Assembly (NCBI RefSeq): GCF_009914755.1
Contig: NC_060947.1
Strand: one strand, 5' to 3'
DNA from: the human T2T-CHM13v2.0 reference genome, Homo sapiens
DNA length: 64,000 nucleotides
The notes beneath the pieces are model-generated. The model ran no database searches and was not told the origin of the DNA. It saw only the letters and a program-made list of their open reading frames with translations. The stretch's first letter is position 1. The number at the start of each line of letters is the position of its first letter. Shown here in pieces: positions 1-12,180 of the stretch. A program made the translations under genes and the position numbers.

Positions 1-270
1 CCAGACTGTGGTCTGTGTAAGTGGCACCCACTAGAGTGTTCAAAATGGTAGCTCTGGCTGGGAGGGCCTCTCGAGCCCATAGAGTTTAGTCCCCTAGATT
101 GATGCTCAAGATTGGAATACACTTGCCCAAGGCCACACAGTCCAGCCAGTCAGTGGCAGTGTTGAAGAGTAGAACCTAGACCGCCTTTCCTTTTCCTCCA
201 GATATTAGGACCCTCCAAGTTTCTCTAGAATAAGCCCTTGGTCTAGATCACTCCCGTCACCGCTTTTAAA

Positions 271-641
271 TTTTTTTTTATTATTTCCATAGGTTTTTGG
301 GGAACAGGTGGTGTTTGGTTACATGAGTAAATTCTTTAGTGGTGATTTGTGAGATTTTGGTGCATCTGTCTCCTGAGCAGTATCCACTACACCCAATTTG
401 TAGTCTTTCATCCCTCACCTCCTCCCCACCCTTTCCCCCGAGTCCCCAAATTTCATTGTTGTCATTCTTACGCCTTTGCATCCTCATAACTTAGCTCTCA
501 CTTACGAGTGAGAACATACGATGTTTGGTTTTCCATTCCTGAGTTACTTCACTTAGGATAATAGTCTCCAATCCCATTCCACGCGTCGCTTGCTTGATAG
601 GCATTTGGGTTGGTTCCATATTTTTGCAATGGCAAATTGTG
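271..641 (-). mobile_element. L1PB1-like LINE-1 3' end fragment with an internal deletion
   Basis: Poly-T, then the L1PB 3'UTR signature TTTTTGGGGAACAGGTGGTGTTTGGTTACATGA...GAGTGAGAACATACGATGTTTGGTTTTCCATTCCTGAGTTACTTCACTTAG. The minus-strand frame gives ORF2 C-terminal-like LETIILSEVTQEWKTKHRMFSL. Confidence 0.9.
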
Positions 642-645
642 TCAC

Positions 646-942
646 TTTTTTTTTTTTTTTTGAGACAGAGTCTCGCTCTGTCACCCAGGCTGGAGTGCAG
701 TGGTGTGCAATCTTGGCTCACTGCAACCTCCACCTCCCGGGTTCAAGCAATTCCCTGCCTCAGCCTCCCGAGTAGCTGGGATTACAGGCGCCTGCCACCA
801 CACCTGACTAATTTTTGTATTTTTAGTAGAGACGGGGTTTCACCATCGTGGCCAGGCTGGTCTTGAACTCCTGACCTCGTGATGCACCCACCTCGGCCTC
901 CCAAAGTGCTGGGATTACAGGTGTGAGCCACCGTGCCCAGCC
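646..942 (-). mobile_element. Alu, AluS (Sg-like), full length
   Basis: Poly-T, then GAGACAGAGTCTCGCTCTG...CTGACCTCGTGAT...GTGAGCCACCGTGCCCAGCC. Confidence 0.97.
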
Positions 943-1059
943 ATGTGACCCCTTTTTGACAAGTGATCTTTTAAGTGCTCAGAGCTGTAGATCATCAAGG
1001 AGCTTCAGCCCCCATCACAACTCTCATTGGATGCAATGGGCTCTGGTTTTCCTCCCAGG

Positions 1060-1270
1060 TCATTGCTCCCCTCTAGTGTGAGAGCTCATTGCCTCACATG
1101 GCAGACCATTCCATTGTGAGACACCTGTGACACATGTAACTTTTAGGAAAGCTCTTTAAGAAAATTATGTGAGTTTCCCTCCTTATAATAGTCACCCTTT
1201 GGCCCTAGTTATTTTCTTGAGGAACACTTAGAATTAAGTTGGCACCTTCTCCTCTCAAGACTCTCAGGTA
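1060..1270 (-). mobile_element. L3/CR1 ancient LINE fragment
   Basis: GAGCTCATTGCCTCACATGGCAGACCATTCCATTGT...CACCCTTTGGCCCTAGTT resembles the reverse complement of the L3 3' region. Confidence 0.65.
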
Positions 1271-1669
1271 GGCCAGCAGAACAGCTTTTCTGTAGGTGGG
1301 AAAATGATGGAGTTGATCTGTCCACCTTTAGTCCTATTAGCCCAAGGAATCAGGGTCTCCAATAAGGAGGCAGAGGAAGGGCATGACAAATGAGCACACT
1401 TGGCTTGCCGTGCTCCCAGGTGGGAGAGCACCCAAGGGTGTGGGCAGCCCCTGGCTGGGAGGTCAGTACTCTTTGAACATGAGAGCAAGGTAAGCTCTGG
1501 GGGTGCAAGGCTTCCCTGTTCTTTTGATTCTCTGCTAAATCCACCAGGGCTTGTTACAGAAATGAGTCCACAGGAGGAATGGTGATCATGCATGTGAATG
1601 CCCTGTAGGCCTCAGAATGGTTCTTAGAGAGAGGATGTATTTCAATTCCCTCTCTCTCCTGACTGAGGA

Positions 1670-1790
1670 AGAGCCTATGGGTTAGAATCACAAAAGGAGG
1701 TCTGTGGGTTAGACACCTGGAAGGACTGCCTGACTCCGAAGCCTGGGATGCATCTGATGAGTGCCCATAGAATGCTCTCTGGCCCTGGGG
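1670..1790 (+). mobile_element. L3/CR1 fragment, apparently interrupted by MER5 elements
   Basis: Degenerate match to L3 ending near ...GGGGTGTTCAAGC. A possible continuation lies near 2200 (GGACTTGATGCCCTTCAAGG). Confidence 0.45.
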
Positions 1791-1965
1791 TGTTCAAGCT
1801 CAGCTGCACATTAGAATCAGAGGGGAGCTGTTTCAAAGTACCTGTACTCAGGCCCCATTCCCAGAGACTTGCATTTTTTCAGGCAGGGATATGGCCCAGG
1901 TATCAGCATTTTCAAATGGATCCCCAAGGGATTATAATGTGCAGCTGAGGCTAAAATCTAGTCAT
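1790..1965. mobile_element. MER5B-like hAT-Charlie DNA transposon (MITE)
   Basis: CAGCTGCACATTAGAATCA at the left and the inverted counterpart GATTATAATGTGCAGCTG at the right, with central GGCCCC...CCCAGAGA. Confidence 0.8.
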
Positions 1966-1971
1966 CTAGAG

Positions 1972-2122
1972 CAGGGCTTCTCCAACTTTAATGTAAAGAG
2001 AAATCACCTGGGGATTTTGTTTGAATGAGGATTTCGATTCAGTAGTTATGGGCCTGAGCTTCTGCATTCCTATCAAGCCACCAGGAAATGTCCATGTTGC
2101 CAGCCGTGGACAGCACCCTGAG
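1972..2122. mobile_element. MER5A-like hAT-Charlie DNA transposon
   Basis: CAGGGCTTCTCCAACTTTAATG...AATCACCTGGGG...GATTCAGTAG...TCTGCATTCC. It directly follows a TCTAGA target motif next to MER5B. Confidence 0.75.
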
Positions 2123-2968
2123 ACATCTTTAAGCCAAGGATGACTTGAGCCCTCTTAAGTCTAGGACTGGACAGACGGAGTAGGGCCTGAAAGCTCAAAC
2201 ATGGACTTGATGCCCTTCAAGGACACTGCAAACCTTAGTGGTATGGAGAGCCCAGGCCCGGCTCCTCTAGAAAAGCCTCAGGTTTGGTCCTGAGGCAGCA
2301 GTACTGGCTGAGTAAGAGAGTTCCCATGGCCAGTGCAGGAAGCTCTGTGAGCCAGTTTTTGGAGCTCAGAATTTGCAGCTACAAGGCAAATCTCACAGCT
2401 CCCAGCATCCTCATTCACTAAGCTCAAGAGCCTGGGCATGTGTTGGTCTGCCCTTCCTGCCAAGGTCAACAGCACTGGAATCCCCAACTCTCCACTGCCC
2501 TCAAGAGTGATGCGCCCTCAGCCTCCTTCAAACCCCCAACCTCGCCGCTAAGTTGGGCCTCAAATGGTGATGGGTGGCAGAGGGCCCAGATGTCCCCTGC
2601 TTTGCTCCCTTGGGCTGTCACTGTTCCCAGGGGCCCAATTAAGCCAGCGCTTTGTCCCTCGGCAGTGGAGGCAGGCATCCCTGGCACTCTTCCGCTCCAG
2701 ACTCCATCTCTTCATCAGCTGTCACCAGACAGCCCACATAATGTCGGGATTTCATGCTCAATATTCTTGATGAAAGTGGAACATCAAAACCTCAGCGGGG
2801 TGGACACATGGAGACTAAGTGAGCGTCTTACCAAAGGAGCTATCTTCTCAGCACAAGAAATTAACAAAGATCCTTTTCCAAGGCTGTCTTATATTATTAT
2901 TGTCATTATTATTGTTGTTGTTATTTGCTTCCCTTGCATCTAAGTAGGAACAATAAGTTATGCCTTGC

Positions 2969-2972
<4 letters not shown>

Positions 2973-3008
<36 letters not shown>
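2973..3008. repeat. (AC)n microsatellite
   Basis: Direct inspection. Confidence 0.98.
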
Positions 3009-3404
3009 CTATATATCTATTCTCTCTTGTATGCTTGCTGATAGCAATCTCTGCCTCCTGTTATAATAAATATTGATTGGCACTGTTAGGAAACGCCAGG
3101 GCTTTAATCTCCTGGCTGCCTGCTCTCTGGCTCAGCAACATGGGTGTTAGGGAGGAAGATTGTATTATCTGCTCACACACCTGTTTTGCCACTCGCCTCT
3201 CTCCTGCAGCAAAACGTGGGCTATTAATGCCATGGGGAATTAGCTTTCCTGTGATGTCGCTTTGTCTCTTCCCTGTTCCCCTGTTCTTGTGACTCCAGGG
3301 AAAAGCACTTTTCTGGTCTGCCAGCCTCGGGCTGTTACTACCCACACAGCCCCCTAGGGCCCTGGCGTAGAGAAGGAGTGCACATAGTCAGTCACTTACT
3401 TGTT

Positions 3405-3540
3405 CTTCACTCATTTAGTTCTTCTCTCATTGAGCATTTGTCAAGCACCGACTTTGGGATGGGCTCAAGGCTGAATCCCATGGAAGCAGTGCTCCATGAA
3501 ACATAGTCCCTGCCCTCCCAGAGCTCCCAGTTGGTAGGAA
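3405..3540 (-). mobile_element. L2 3' fragment
   Basis: TCATT...GAGCATTTGTCAAGCACC...ACATAGTCCCTGCCCTCCCAGAGCTCCCAG. Confidence 0.6.
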
Positions 3541-4166
3541 AATGATCCTGTTACATACAATGTGGTCAGCATGAAAGCAGAAGGCAGACTAGCCATGTGA
3601 GTGGCACCATAGAGGAAAGGGAGATGTTGGCTTCCTGGAGGAGGTGACCATGAGCCTAAATCAAACACCAATAGGATGGGAAATGTCAGCAAATCCCAGC
3701 TGAGGGTTCATTCAAGACCAAGCAATTTGAGGTTCTCAGGAAATGGGTGGCGCTGAGAGGGGAAGAGATGTGTTGAGAGCACTGTTCATTTCTAGTTTGA
3801 AACCCCACCCTGCCACTGACCCACTACGTGACCTGGCACAGGTCACAGCCCCTCTCTGGCCTCCATCTGTCCTAAAGTGAAACATGAGGTTTACCTCTTC
3901 TCAGAACGGGAGGTCCCCACATCCCTCCACCAGGGGCAGCTCCTCTTAGAGGCAGGAACCACCACAGTGTAAGGTTGTTCCCTGGGTGGAGGGTGCCTGT
4001 GACAATAACTCTGTCTTGACGCAGAGGTGAGCAGATCCTCTTGCTCAGAGAACCATGACACTGACAGGAAGAAAGGAGTGGGAAGGCAAGCAACCCTGGC
4101 TTCCAAAGAGCCTGCCACGGGGAGCCAGCACAGGGCCCTTGTCAGAAGTGGAAGAAGAGAAGAAGA

Positions 4167-4290
4167 ACGTTTATTGCACCAGGCAAAATGGGAGGCACTT
4201 TCACATAGATGATGACATTAAATCCCTAACACAAGCCTGTGAAGCAGGGACGATCATACCCACCTCACCAATAAGGAACTTGAGGGGGTG
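4167..4290 (-). mobile_element. MIR
   Basis: Reverse MIR tail and core (CGTTTATTG...CACTTTCACATAGAT...AATCCCTAACAC...GGAACTTGAGG). Confidence 0.6.
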
Positions 4291-4314
4291 GCAAGGTTTA
4301 CAGAGATGCTCTGC

Positions 4315-4530
4315 TGTGCAGTGGCTAAGAGCTTGGGCTCTGGCTCAGACCACCAGATTTGAAGCGTGGCTCTACATCTTTGTAGATAGGGGATCTTGAA
4401 CAAGTCACTTAACTCCCAGTTTTCTCAGCTCTGAATTGGAGATGATAATCATACCGATTAAATAGGTTAAATGAGATAATATGTAGAAACAACTTGGCTG
4501 GTGTATAGCAAGTGCTCAAAGGTCATTGCT
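4315..4530 (+). mobile_element. MIR
   Basis: GTGGCTAAGAGCTTGGGCTCTGG...CTTGAACAAGTCACTTAAC...TTAAATGAGATAATATGT...AGTGCTCAA. Confidence 0.85.
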
Positions 4531-4844
4531 ACTAGTGGCTGAGGTTATGGAGTCGCTGTATAGCAGGGCTACAATTTGAACTTGAGGATGGCTCTAAAGC
4601 CAACGCTCTTTGCAATGTTCTGTACCCTCTAGCTTGCCAACTGCTCACCAGCACTGCCACTCAAGCCTTTCTTTTGAGCTAGGCTGAACAGAGCAGTACT
4701 TGCGGCGCTCCCTCCTGCTCAGTGGACTTAATGAAGCTAGGTGCTAGATTGCAGAGCAGAGCACTAAATGTTGTAATGGAGGAGACAGCACAGCGCTATA
4801 GGAGCCCAGCTGATGATCGGCACTTCTGGGAGGAGAAGGGGAGC

Positions 4845-5363
4845 TGTCACAGAGACTGCTCTGACAGTTATCATTCAATACCTACTCTTCCCTTCTCTCT
4901 GAGTAACAAAGCTCAAATTTTACCTACCATGGCAATGCCTAGCTGAAAGATTATATTTCCTAGCCTCTCTTACAACTAGATGTGACCATGTGACTACATT
5001 CTGAGCAATAAAATGTAAAAGCAAATGTCACATGGGACTTCTGGAGCTGCTGCCTAAAAGGAAATTATTGATAGCTAGGATATGTGCCCTTTCCCTTTTC
5101 TGTTGCCAAAATGGTGATGTGATGACTGGAGCTCCAGCAGCCATCTTGAACCCTGACAAGACCTCGAAAATGAAGCTGGTACTAGGATGTTAGAGCAGAG
5201 AGATGGAGGAGGTGAGATCTTGATGACTCCACAGTGCCACTGTGCCATCTCTGAACTGCCTATCTCCAGGCGTCTGGTATCTGAGACTATAAACCCTTGT
5301 GTGTCTAAGCTAGACTTTTTTGGGTTCAGTTTCTTGCACTGAGTGCAATTCCTAAGTGATTCA
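4845..5363 (+). mobile_element. MLT1 (MLT1J/I-like) ERVL-MaLR solo LTR
   Basis: ATTTCCTAGCCTCTCTTACAACTAGATGTGACCATGTGACT...GATGACTGGAGCTCCAGCAGCCATCTTG...TAAACCCTTGTGTGTCTAAGC, with TG...CA ends. Confidence 0.85.
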
Positions 5364-5699
5364 GAAAACTCCACAGGAAAGAAATAATTTGCATGGGCTC
5401 TAGGAATAAGTAATTCCGGACAGAGGAAACAGCCAGTTCAAGGCACGGATGGAGGTTTGAAATGTGTGACACATGATAGATTTGGCAGGGGTAACCAAGA
5501 AGTCAGACATACAGTAGACACCTTGTGTCCCAGCCAAACAGGACTCCTGGCTCATACACCGTGCACTCACTCACTCCACAGTGTGGTCCCCTGGACTCTT
5601 CTTTAATAACTCTGGGGACCAGCAGCTTCAGTTGTAATTGTTCATGACCTGTTTGTTTTTTCCTTACATCAAATCAAAAGTAATGCAATTTTCAGGTAG

Positions 5700-5825
5700 C
5701 CAGGTGCTATGATCTCCATTTTGCAGATGAGGAAACCGAGGCTTATGGAGGTTTACCAGCCTGTCCTAGGTTACACAGCTAGTAATGGCAGAGCTGGAAT
5801 TTAAATCCTGGTTGGCCTGAGTCCA
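5700..5825 (-). mobile_element. MIR
   Basis: CCATTTTGCAGATGAGGAAACCGAGGC...ACACAGCTAGTAATGGCAGAGCTGGAATT. Confidence 0.9.
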
Positions 5826-5840
5826 TTGCCCTCTTTCTAC

Positions 5841-6043
5841 CACTGGTTCTCAAACTCTAGATGCATCAGAATCATCAAGAAGGCTCATTAAAGCACAGAT
5901 TGCTAGGTCCTACCCCAGAGTTTCTGATTCAGTGGATCTGCCATGGAGGAGCCAAGAGCTTGCATTTCCAATAAGGTGCACAGCAGGGGAGGTTGGGGAG
6001 GGAGTGATGCTGCTCATGTGTAGACCTACTTGGAAAACCACTG
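5841..6043. mobile_element. MER5A hAT-Charlie DNA transposon
   Basis: Terminal CACTGGTTCTCAAACT...GAAAACCACTG and internal TGCATCAGAATCA...CCCCAGAGTTTCTGATTCAGT. Confidence 0.9.
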
Positions 6044-6849
6044 GATTAGAGCATTAGCTGGGGACTGGGTCTCCTCATAGCAGGTGTGACAGTGTGGAGG
6101 CACTGTGACTTAGCAAAGTGGTGCTTCGTCTGGAGTTCTTGAGTTTATGACCCTTTTCATCTATTGTCAGCCAGGCCAGGATGGGTGGCACCTGAGCCAA
6201 GCCCGGGCTTGGCAGGAATGCTGAGAATTCCAAACTAGCAAGCTGCTGGCAGGTTCCAGCTAAAATGCAGACAGGCACCACCCTTAGTCCCTAGGTTAGA
6301 TTTCTTTGGCTCCTTGGCCCTCAGCCTCCAGAAGGGTTAATGCTGACCCACTGGAACAGAGAGACAGAATGAAGAACTTTTTGTAGGCCAGGAGCCAATC
6401 TGAATCTCACTGAAAACCTCCAACCAGACCTGAGAGATTCCATAAGCCCCCAAGAGGTTGCTTGAACTGGAGACTACCATGTAAATACTTTCCTATACAT
6501 TCATGCAAAGGTTTTAAAAAGATTGTCTTAATAGTTGTGCCCTGTTGGCACGTCAGTTTCAGGCTCTGAATTCCTAGAGAGCAGGGAATGGATTTGCAGG
6601 GATGAGGAATTAAAACTCACAATGACAGAGAAAATGGTGATGACAATTATAGTGTTAGGGTTGATGTTGGTGGCCACAGTGTAAGGAGAAGAGGAGAGGG
6701 AAGTGGTGGTGGTGGTGGGGAGGTGGAAATGAAGGTGAGGGAGGTAGATGGATGTGAGGTTGATGAAGATGTAAGTGGTGAGTGAGGGTGACGAAGGTAG
6801 TGAACTGAGTTGTCCATACCCCTCTGAAGACACTTTCCCTCTTATCTCT

Positions 6850-6985
6850 GTATGTGTCTGTTTCGCCTTCTAGAACCTCCTCTGGGGCAGGGCCTGTGCC
6901 TTGCTCACCTTTGTGTCCTAGCACCTAGCCTGGTGCACTGCACATCGTCAATATCAACAAGTGCTTGCTGACGAATGGAGTGTGA
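6850..6985 (+). mobile_element. L2 3' end
   Basis: TGTCTGTTTCGCC...GGGGCAGGGCCTGTGCCTTGCTCACCTTTGTGTCCTAGCACCTAGC...TCAACAAGTGCTTGCTGA. Confidence 0.75.
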
Positions 6986-8464
6986 AATGGCATGGGGCAG
7001 GAGAGATGGCAAGGCTGGCCAGCCATGATGACCTGGAAGAAGCGGCCACGCTGGAACACTCCCTTGCGGGAGCAGAGGCTCCACAGAATGATGTCCATGC
7101 CCCTGGAGCTCAGAGAGAGAACTGTCCCGGTGAGGTACAACAATGGTGCTCCCTGCCAGTGGTGGCTGTGGAATGAGCACGGGGGGCTCTAGAGACTGGC
7201 CTGTCTAGTCCAGCTGGGCTCAGTGGGCCCCAGCCAGGCAGCAGCAGCAGCAACTTTGGGGATTTGTTGATTTGTAGAGCCTGCCTGCTGGAGGCAGGCT
7301 GTTTTTCCATAATCATCTTTTGTCTGGCTGAACAATAGAGGTGAGGGGGCAGCCAGGCAGGTGGGACATAGCTTGACAAGACCCAGGAAGAGGAGGGGAG
7401 GCTCCCACACTGCTTCTAGCCAGCTGCCCCACTGCAGGCCTCCCTTCCTAGCTCGGGCCCTCTGCCGCGGACCCCCAAAGGCTGCTGAGAATCATCAGGC
7501 CTGGGATAGGCTCAGCCTGGGACCCCGCCCCCAACCGGGGCTGGCTTTCATACCTCCCCACACACCTCTTTCGCTCAGAAGCTTCGAGGCTTTTGATAAA
7601 TGTTGGCGCGGTTCAGCGCCCGAAGAAGGCAGGCCGCTCCTGGGAGGAGCCTGTCGACATTCGACACTGGGAGAAGGATGGCCCCACATGGGAGCAGGGT
7701 GGGGGTGGGGGCTGCAGCCCAATTCCCCACAGAACAAAAAGAGATTTCTCTCTCCCTTGCACCAGCTGCTGAGTCCCAGCCCCGGCTTGATCATTTTTCA
7801 AACTGCAGTAAATTAACATTTTCTGGAGCAGGAAAACCACACTGAGAGGCCTAAATACCAAATTTAGGGATGGCCTCAAGCCCCTTTGGGCCTGCTTCCC
7901 CTCCCCCCATTCTTGCTGGGGACTGGGGAGGACAGAGCCCCAAAGGAACAGCTTCTTCCATTTCACTCACACCTTTCCTGGGACTGGCTGAGGGCCCCTC
8001 CCCCGTTCCCTGCACACAGCCCTGCCTGTCACCTCCTCTTTGCTGACATTCCCTTCTCCACCTCTCCCACCCCATAGAATGTAGTGCAGGCGTGTTTATT
8101 CCCACTTGGCAGAGGCGAGCCGGAGGACCTGGGAAAGAGTGGGGGAGAAAGGGTCCAGTGAGAGTGCAGGGAGGGGTCCTGACGTTGGGCCCCTGAGGCA
8201 CAAGTTAGAAGTCCTGATACCCCTGGTTTCCCAAACCTGAACTTGATTTATTTCCACTGAGTTGTGAAGCATACAGTTTAGATAGGACAAGGAAGCCCCC
8301 AGGCTCTCTGGATCATCTTCCTGTCTCTGCAGGGTGGGAGCTCCCCTATTCCAAGCCTTCAAGGGAAGACATTCCGGGAATAAAGTCTGCTGTGGGTATC
8401 TCTGCTTTTGTATCTCCTTGTTGAGATACAGAAGTGTTCGTTTATTCTGAGCAAGGCGGTTGCC

Positions 8465-8640
8465 CTTTGCTGTGTGCTTAGTATGTGTCAAGTAGCACGT
8501 TGGGTGCTTTCCAGGCATCATGTCATTGAAACCTCAGAGAATACTTCCAGGGAAGGGAAACAGAGGCAGACACTGAGGCTCAGAGAAGTGAAATGACTTT
8601 CCCAAGGTCCCACGTCAGAGGCAGGACTGCTGTCCAGGTC
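8465..8640 (-). mobile_element. MIR
   Basis: ACTGAGGCTCAGAGAAGTGAAATGACTTTCCCAAGGTCCCAC core. Confidence 0.8.
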
Positions 8641-8926
8641 TATTGGGTGTCAGAGCAGTGCTCTCTTCTCCTGCCACTGTCCCGTCACCCTTCCCGCTCC
8701 TCTGTTCAGTGGGCCCAGCTGCCCATGGCGACCTTCCCCTGTTCCCTCTGTCTCTTCTGACTCAGGACTGCCCACAGAGGCTTGAACCAGCTGCACTGTC
8801 CTGTCACCAGCTGGGGCCTCAGCTCTAGCAGTGGGGAGCCAGGATCTTGGCCTCACAATGGACTGGGGGGGGTGGCCACAGCTGGAAGCAGCTGGAAGGC
8901 AGGCCTTGTAGAAGGAAGTGCAATGG

Positions 8927-8981
8927 CACACACACACACACAGAGATACACAGAGACACACACACACAGACACACACACAC
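8927..8981. repeat. Imperfect (CA)n/(GA) microsatellite
   Basis: Direct inspection. Confidence 0.9.
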
Positions 8982-9059
8982 TGGGGTTGGGTGGGTGCTC
9001 AGGGAAACCATTCCCTTTGCCTTTCCAGAGAGCAGAAGGAAAAAAAGGAGTCAGGCTGT

Positions 9060-9570
9060 GGCCTGAACCCTTGTGTAGCTCAAGCCCTGGGGCGCTTGGC
9101 TCTCTCAACATCAGAGGGCTATGAAGTCCCTCAAAATCTGGCACCCATCTACCTTTTGGAACTTATTTCCTGCCCCTTCTCTTTATACTCTCTGGTTCAA
9201 CCAAACTCAACATTCCTCCTCTGTGCCTTCCCTCATGCTGTTCCTGCTGCCTGGATACCTGCCCTCCTCACTTCCCCGTATGCAAATTCTATCCATCAGC
9301 TAGGGCCCAGGTCAACAGCCACTTCCCGCAGGAAGCCTTCTTGGTCCTCCTCACCTCGATACCTCCCTCTTCTCTGCCCCAACCTGAAAGAAATTCTTCC
9401 CTCCTCGGCACTTCCTCTCTTAAGGCATTAGCTACTTTCTCCCTGGAATTTGAATCATCTGGATCTGCCTCTTAGACTCCTAGACCAGGAGTTCTCCGAG
9501 GGAGGAGCTTGGTCAGATTCATCTCTGTATTTTCTAGCACCTTGCTTGAGATTTCTCTGAAATGTATTGT
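9060..9570 (+). mobile_element. L2 fragment
   Basis: TGTGCCTTCCCTCATGCTGTTCCTGCTGCCTGGA...CCACTTCCCGCAGGAAGCCTTC...ATTCATCTCTGTATTTTCTAGCAC. Confidence 0.7.
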
Positions 9571-9591
9571 CTACCGCATACCTCACACGGG

Positions 9592-10128
<537 letters not shown>

Positions 10129-10587
10129 AGATTATTTGCTCATTACTTCTCCCTTTAACAGGGTCTGAGAAATGAATGAATAAATGAATGAATGAATGAG
10201 GAGATGAATTAATGTTGTGCCATCCAGCCGGCTGTAGCCTGAGGTGCTGGGCCACTTCTGGTCTGGCTGTCCTCTCCTCCAGGCAGACCCACCCACCAGC
10301 CCACACCCCTCCATTCTGTTCCCAGCCACCCCGGGCCCACAGTTTACATGCTGAAATTCCCAGAAGCCAAGACTTCCAAACAAACCCCCCAAGTTTGGAT
10401 TTATCAGCCATGCTATTAAAACAGTAATTTTCAGCTGCCTAATGTTTCCAACTTCTGCTCTAATCCAGCGGGTAAATATTTACAGAGCCTGACACCACTC
10501 CTAGGCCACTTGCTCTGCTGCCAAACATTCATTTCCCTTGTAGCTCCACTGGTTTGATATTTTTAGGAGCGGGGGAGGATGGAGGGA

Positions 10588-10654
10588 CGTGTGTGTGTGC
10601 ATGTGTGTGTGTCTCTGTGTGTGTGTGCACACATGCATGCCTGCATGTGTGTGT
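10588..10654. repeat. Imperfect (TG)n tract
   Basis: Direct inspection. Confidence 0.85.
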
Positions 10655-10949
10655 AAGGGGTGGGAGAGAGGCTGTCTTTCTCATGGTGAGTTCCTGGATG
10701 GGGAGAGACACAGGGTAACATAGTCCTTTATACTTCCTTCACCCTGATCTCCCCTACTGGGGGCAGAGGGGAATGGGTATGGTGCAGTGTGTACAGATCC
10801 TCAGGCATCCCCTTCCTTGGCCTCCCTCAACCCTTTCACCTTCCCACCACACACACAGTCACACATGCACACACACAGCTAGCCAGCACAAATCTCCATA
10901 CAGGCTAACCATAGAGACAGCAGAGAAGCCTCGGGGAGCACATGCAGGC

Positions 10950-11140
10950 ACTGGAGGCCTACAGACTTAGGGGCCTGCCTCAATTCTGCCATTTGCCAGA
11001 TGGGTGGCCGTGACTATGTCCGTCCCCAACTCTGAGTCTGTTTCCTCATCTGTGAAATGCAGGTAAGAATGCCCAGCCCCATGGTGAGATAAGTTGGCGA
11101 GCACCAAGCACAGTTATGCTAGGTGCCCTGTAAAAAGTGC
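10950..11140 (+). mobile_element. MIR
   Basis: CTCTGAGTCTGTTTCCTCATCTGTGAAATG core. Confidence 0.75.
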
Positions 11141-11239
11141 TCCCCTCTTGCCTCCTCACCCTTTAGAAAGAAGATAGGAAGCATGCCCTCCAACCCACCA
11201 ATGCCCCGGTCCTGCTGGAGTGCTGATCACTTGTCAGAA

Positions 11240-11520
11240 CTTCCATGCCCTTGCCTGTGCTCTTCCTTCTGTCTGAAATATTCCCTGAGCCCCGGGAAAG
11301 TTCTCAGCATCTTTTCTTAAGACTCAGAACACATGGCTACCTCCTCTGAGAAGTATTCCCTCATGGCCCTAAGAGAATCTCACTCTGTCTCTCTCTCTGT
11401 CTTTCTCTTTGATTAAGCATTCTTAGTGAATGAAGCCTGAGTCATATTCATCTCCATGGCCTCAGCATCTAGCACAGAACTAGACAAGGTACTCAAAGAA
11501 TATTTGTTGTGCATGTGCAT
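11240..11520 (+). mobile_element. L2 3' fragment
   Basis: ACCTCCTCTGAGAAG...CATATTCATCTCC...CAGCATCTAGCACAG...ACTCAAAGAATATTTGTTG. Confidence 0.65.
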
Positions 11521-11726
11521 ATTTGTTTAATATTTATGGATTGGTTGGAAGAGGGGAAGGAGCAAAGGATGGCTTTTAGCTTGAGCTATCTGAGACACTT
11601 TATCCCCCTCACAGGGAGAACAAAAGGAAGAGAGAATGGGACCAACATTTATGGAATGCTCCTTGCAGGCAGGGATCTTGTCTGTCTTGTTCCTGTTGCA
11701 ACCCCAGCATTTAGAATGGTGTCATG

Positions 11727-11950
11727 ACATTTAATGAGCTCCACTCTGTGCCAAGCAGTAAATACTTTACGTGGATTAACTTACTTAACCCTTATAACAG
11801 CCCTATGAGGTAGGTGCCTTATTGTAGAGATGGGGGTCACTGGAGCACAGAGAGGTTAAGTCATTCAACCAGGGTCACACAGATAAGAAAAGGCAGAACT
11901 GGATTTTGAACTCAGGCAGTCTGGCTTCAGAGCCTGCACTGTTACTACAC
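11727..11950 (-). mobile_element. MIR, near full length
   Basis: ACATTTAATGAGC...ACAGCCCTATGAGGTAGGT...GCACAGAGAGGTTAAGTCATT...GGTCACACAG...CAGGCAGTCTGGCTTCAGAGCC. Confidence 0.9.
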
Positions 11951-12009
11951 TATCCTATCTCTCTTCGTAGATACTCGAGGAATATTTGTTGAATGAATAA
12001 ATGAATGAA

Positions 12010-12180
12010 TGTTTACCATGTGAATGGCTGTACATGGCACAGTTATATATATTTTTATAGACTCCTCACAGCAGCCTTTCCTTGCAGGGTAGGTGCAATC
12101 ATCTCCATTGTTCAGATGAAGAAACTGAGGCTCAGAGATGTAAAGTAGCTTGTCCCGGGTCACACAGCTAGGAAGCAGCC
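12010..12180 (-). mobile_element. MIR
   Basis: CAGATGAAGAAACTGAGGCTCAGAGA...GGTCACACAGCTAG. Confidence 0.85.

Noticed and set aside
1060-1800. Oppositely oriented L3 fragments as a possible hairpin
   Set aside because: They are too diverged to pair, and the second assignment is weak.
2095-2120. Possible REST/RE1 site (GGACAGCACC)
   Set aside because: Only the right half-site matches, and it lies in a MER5A end.
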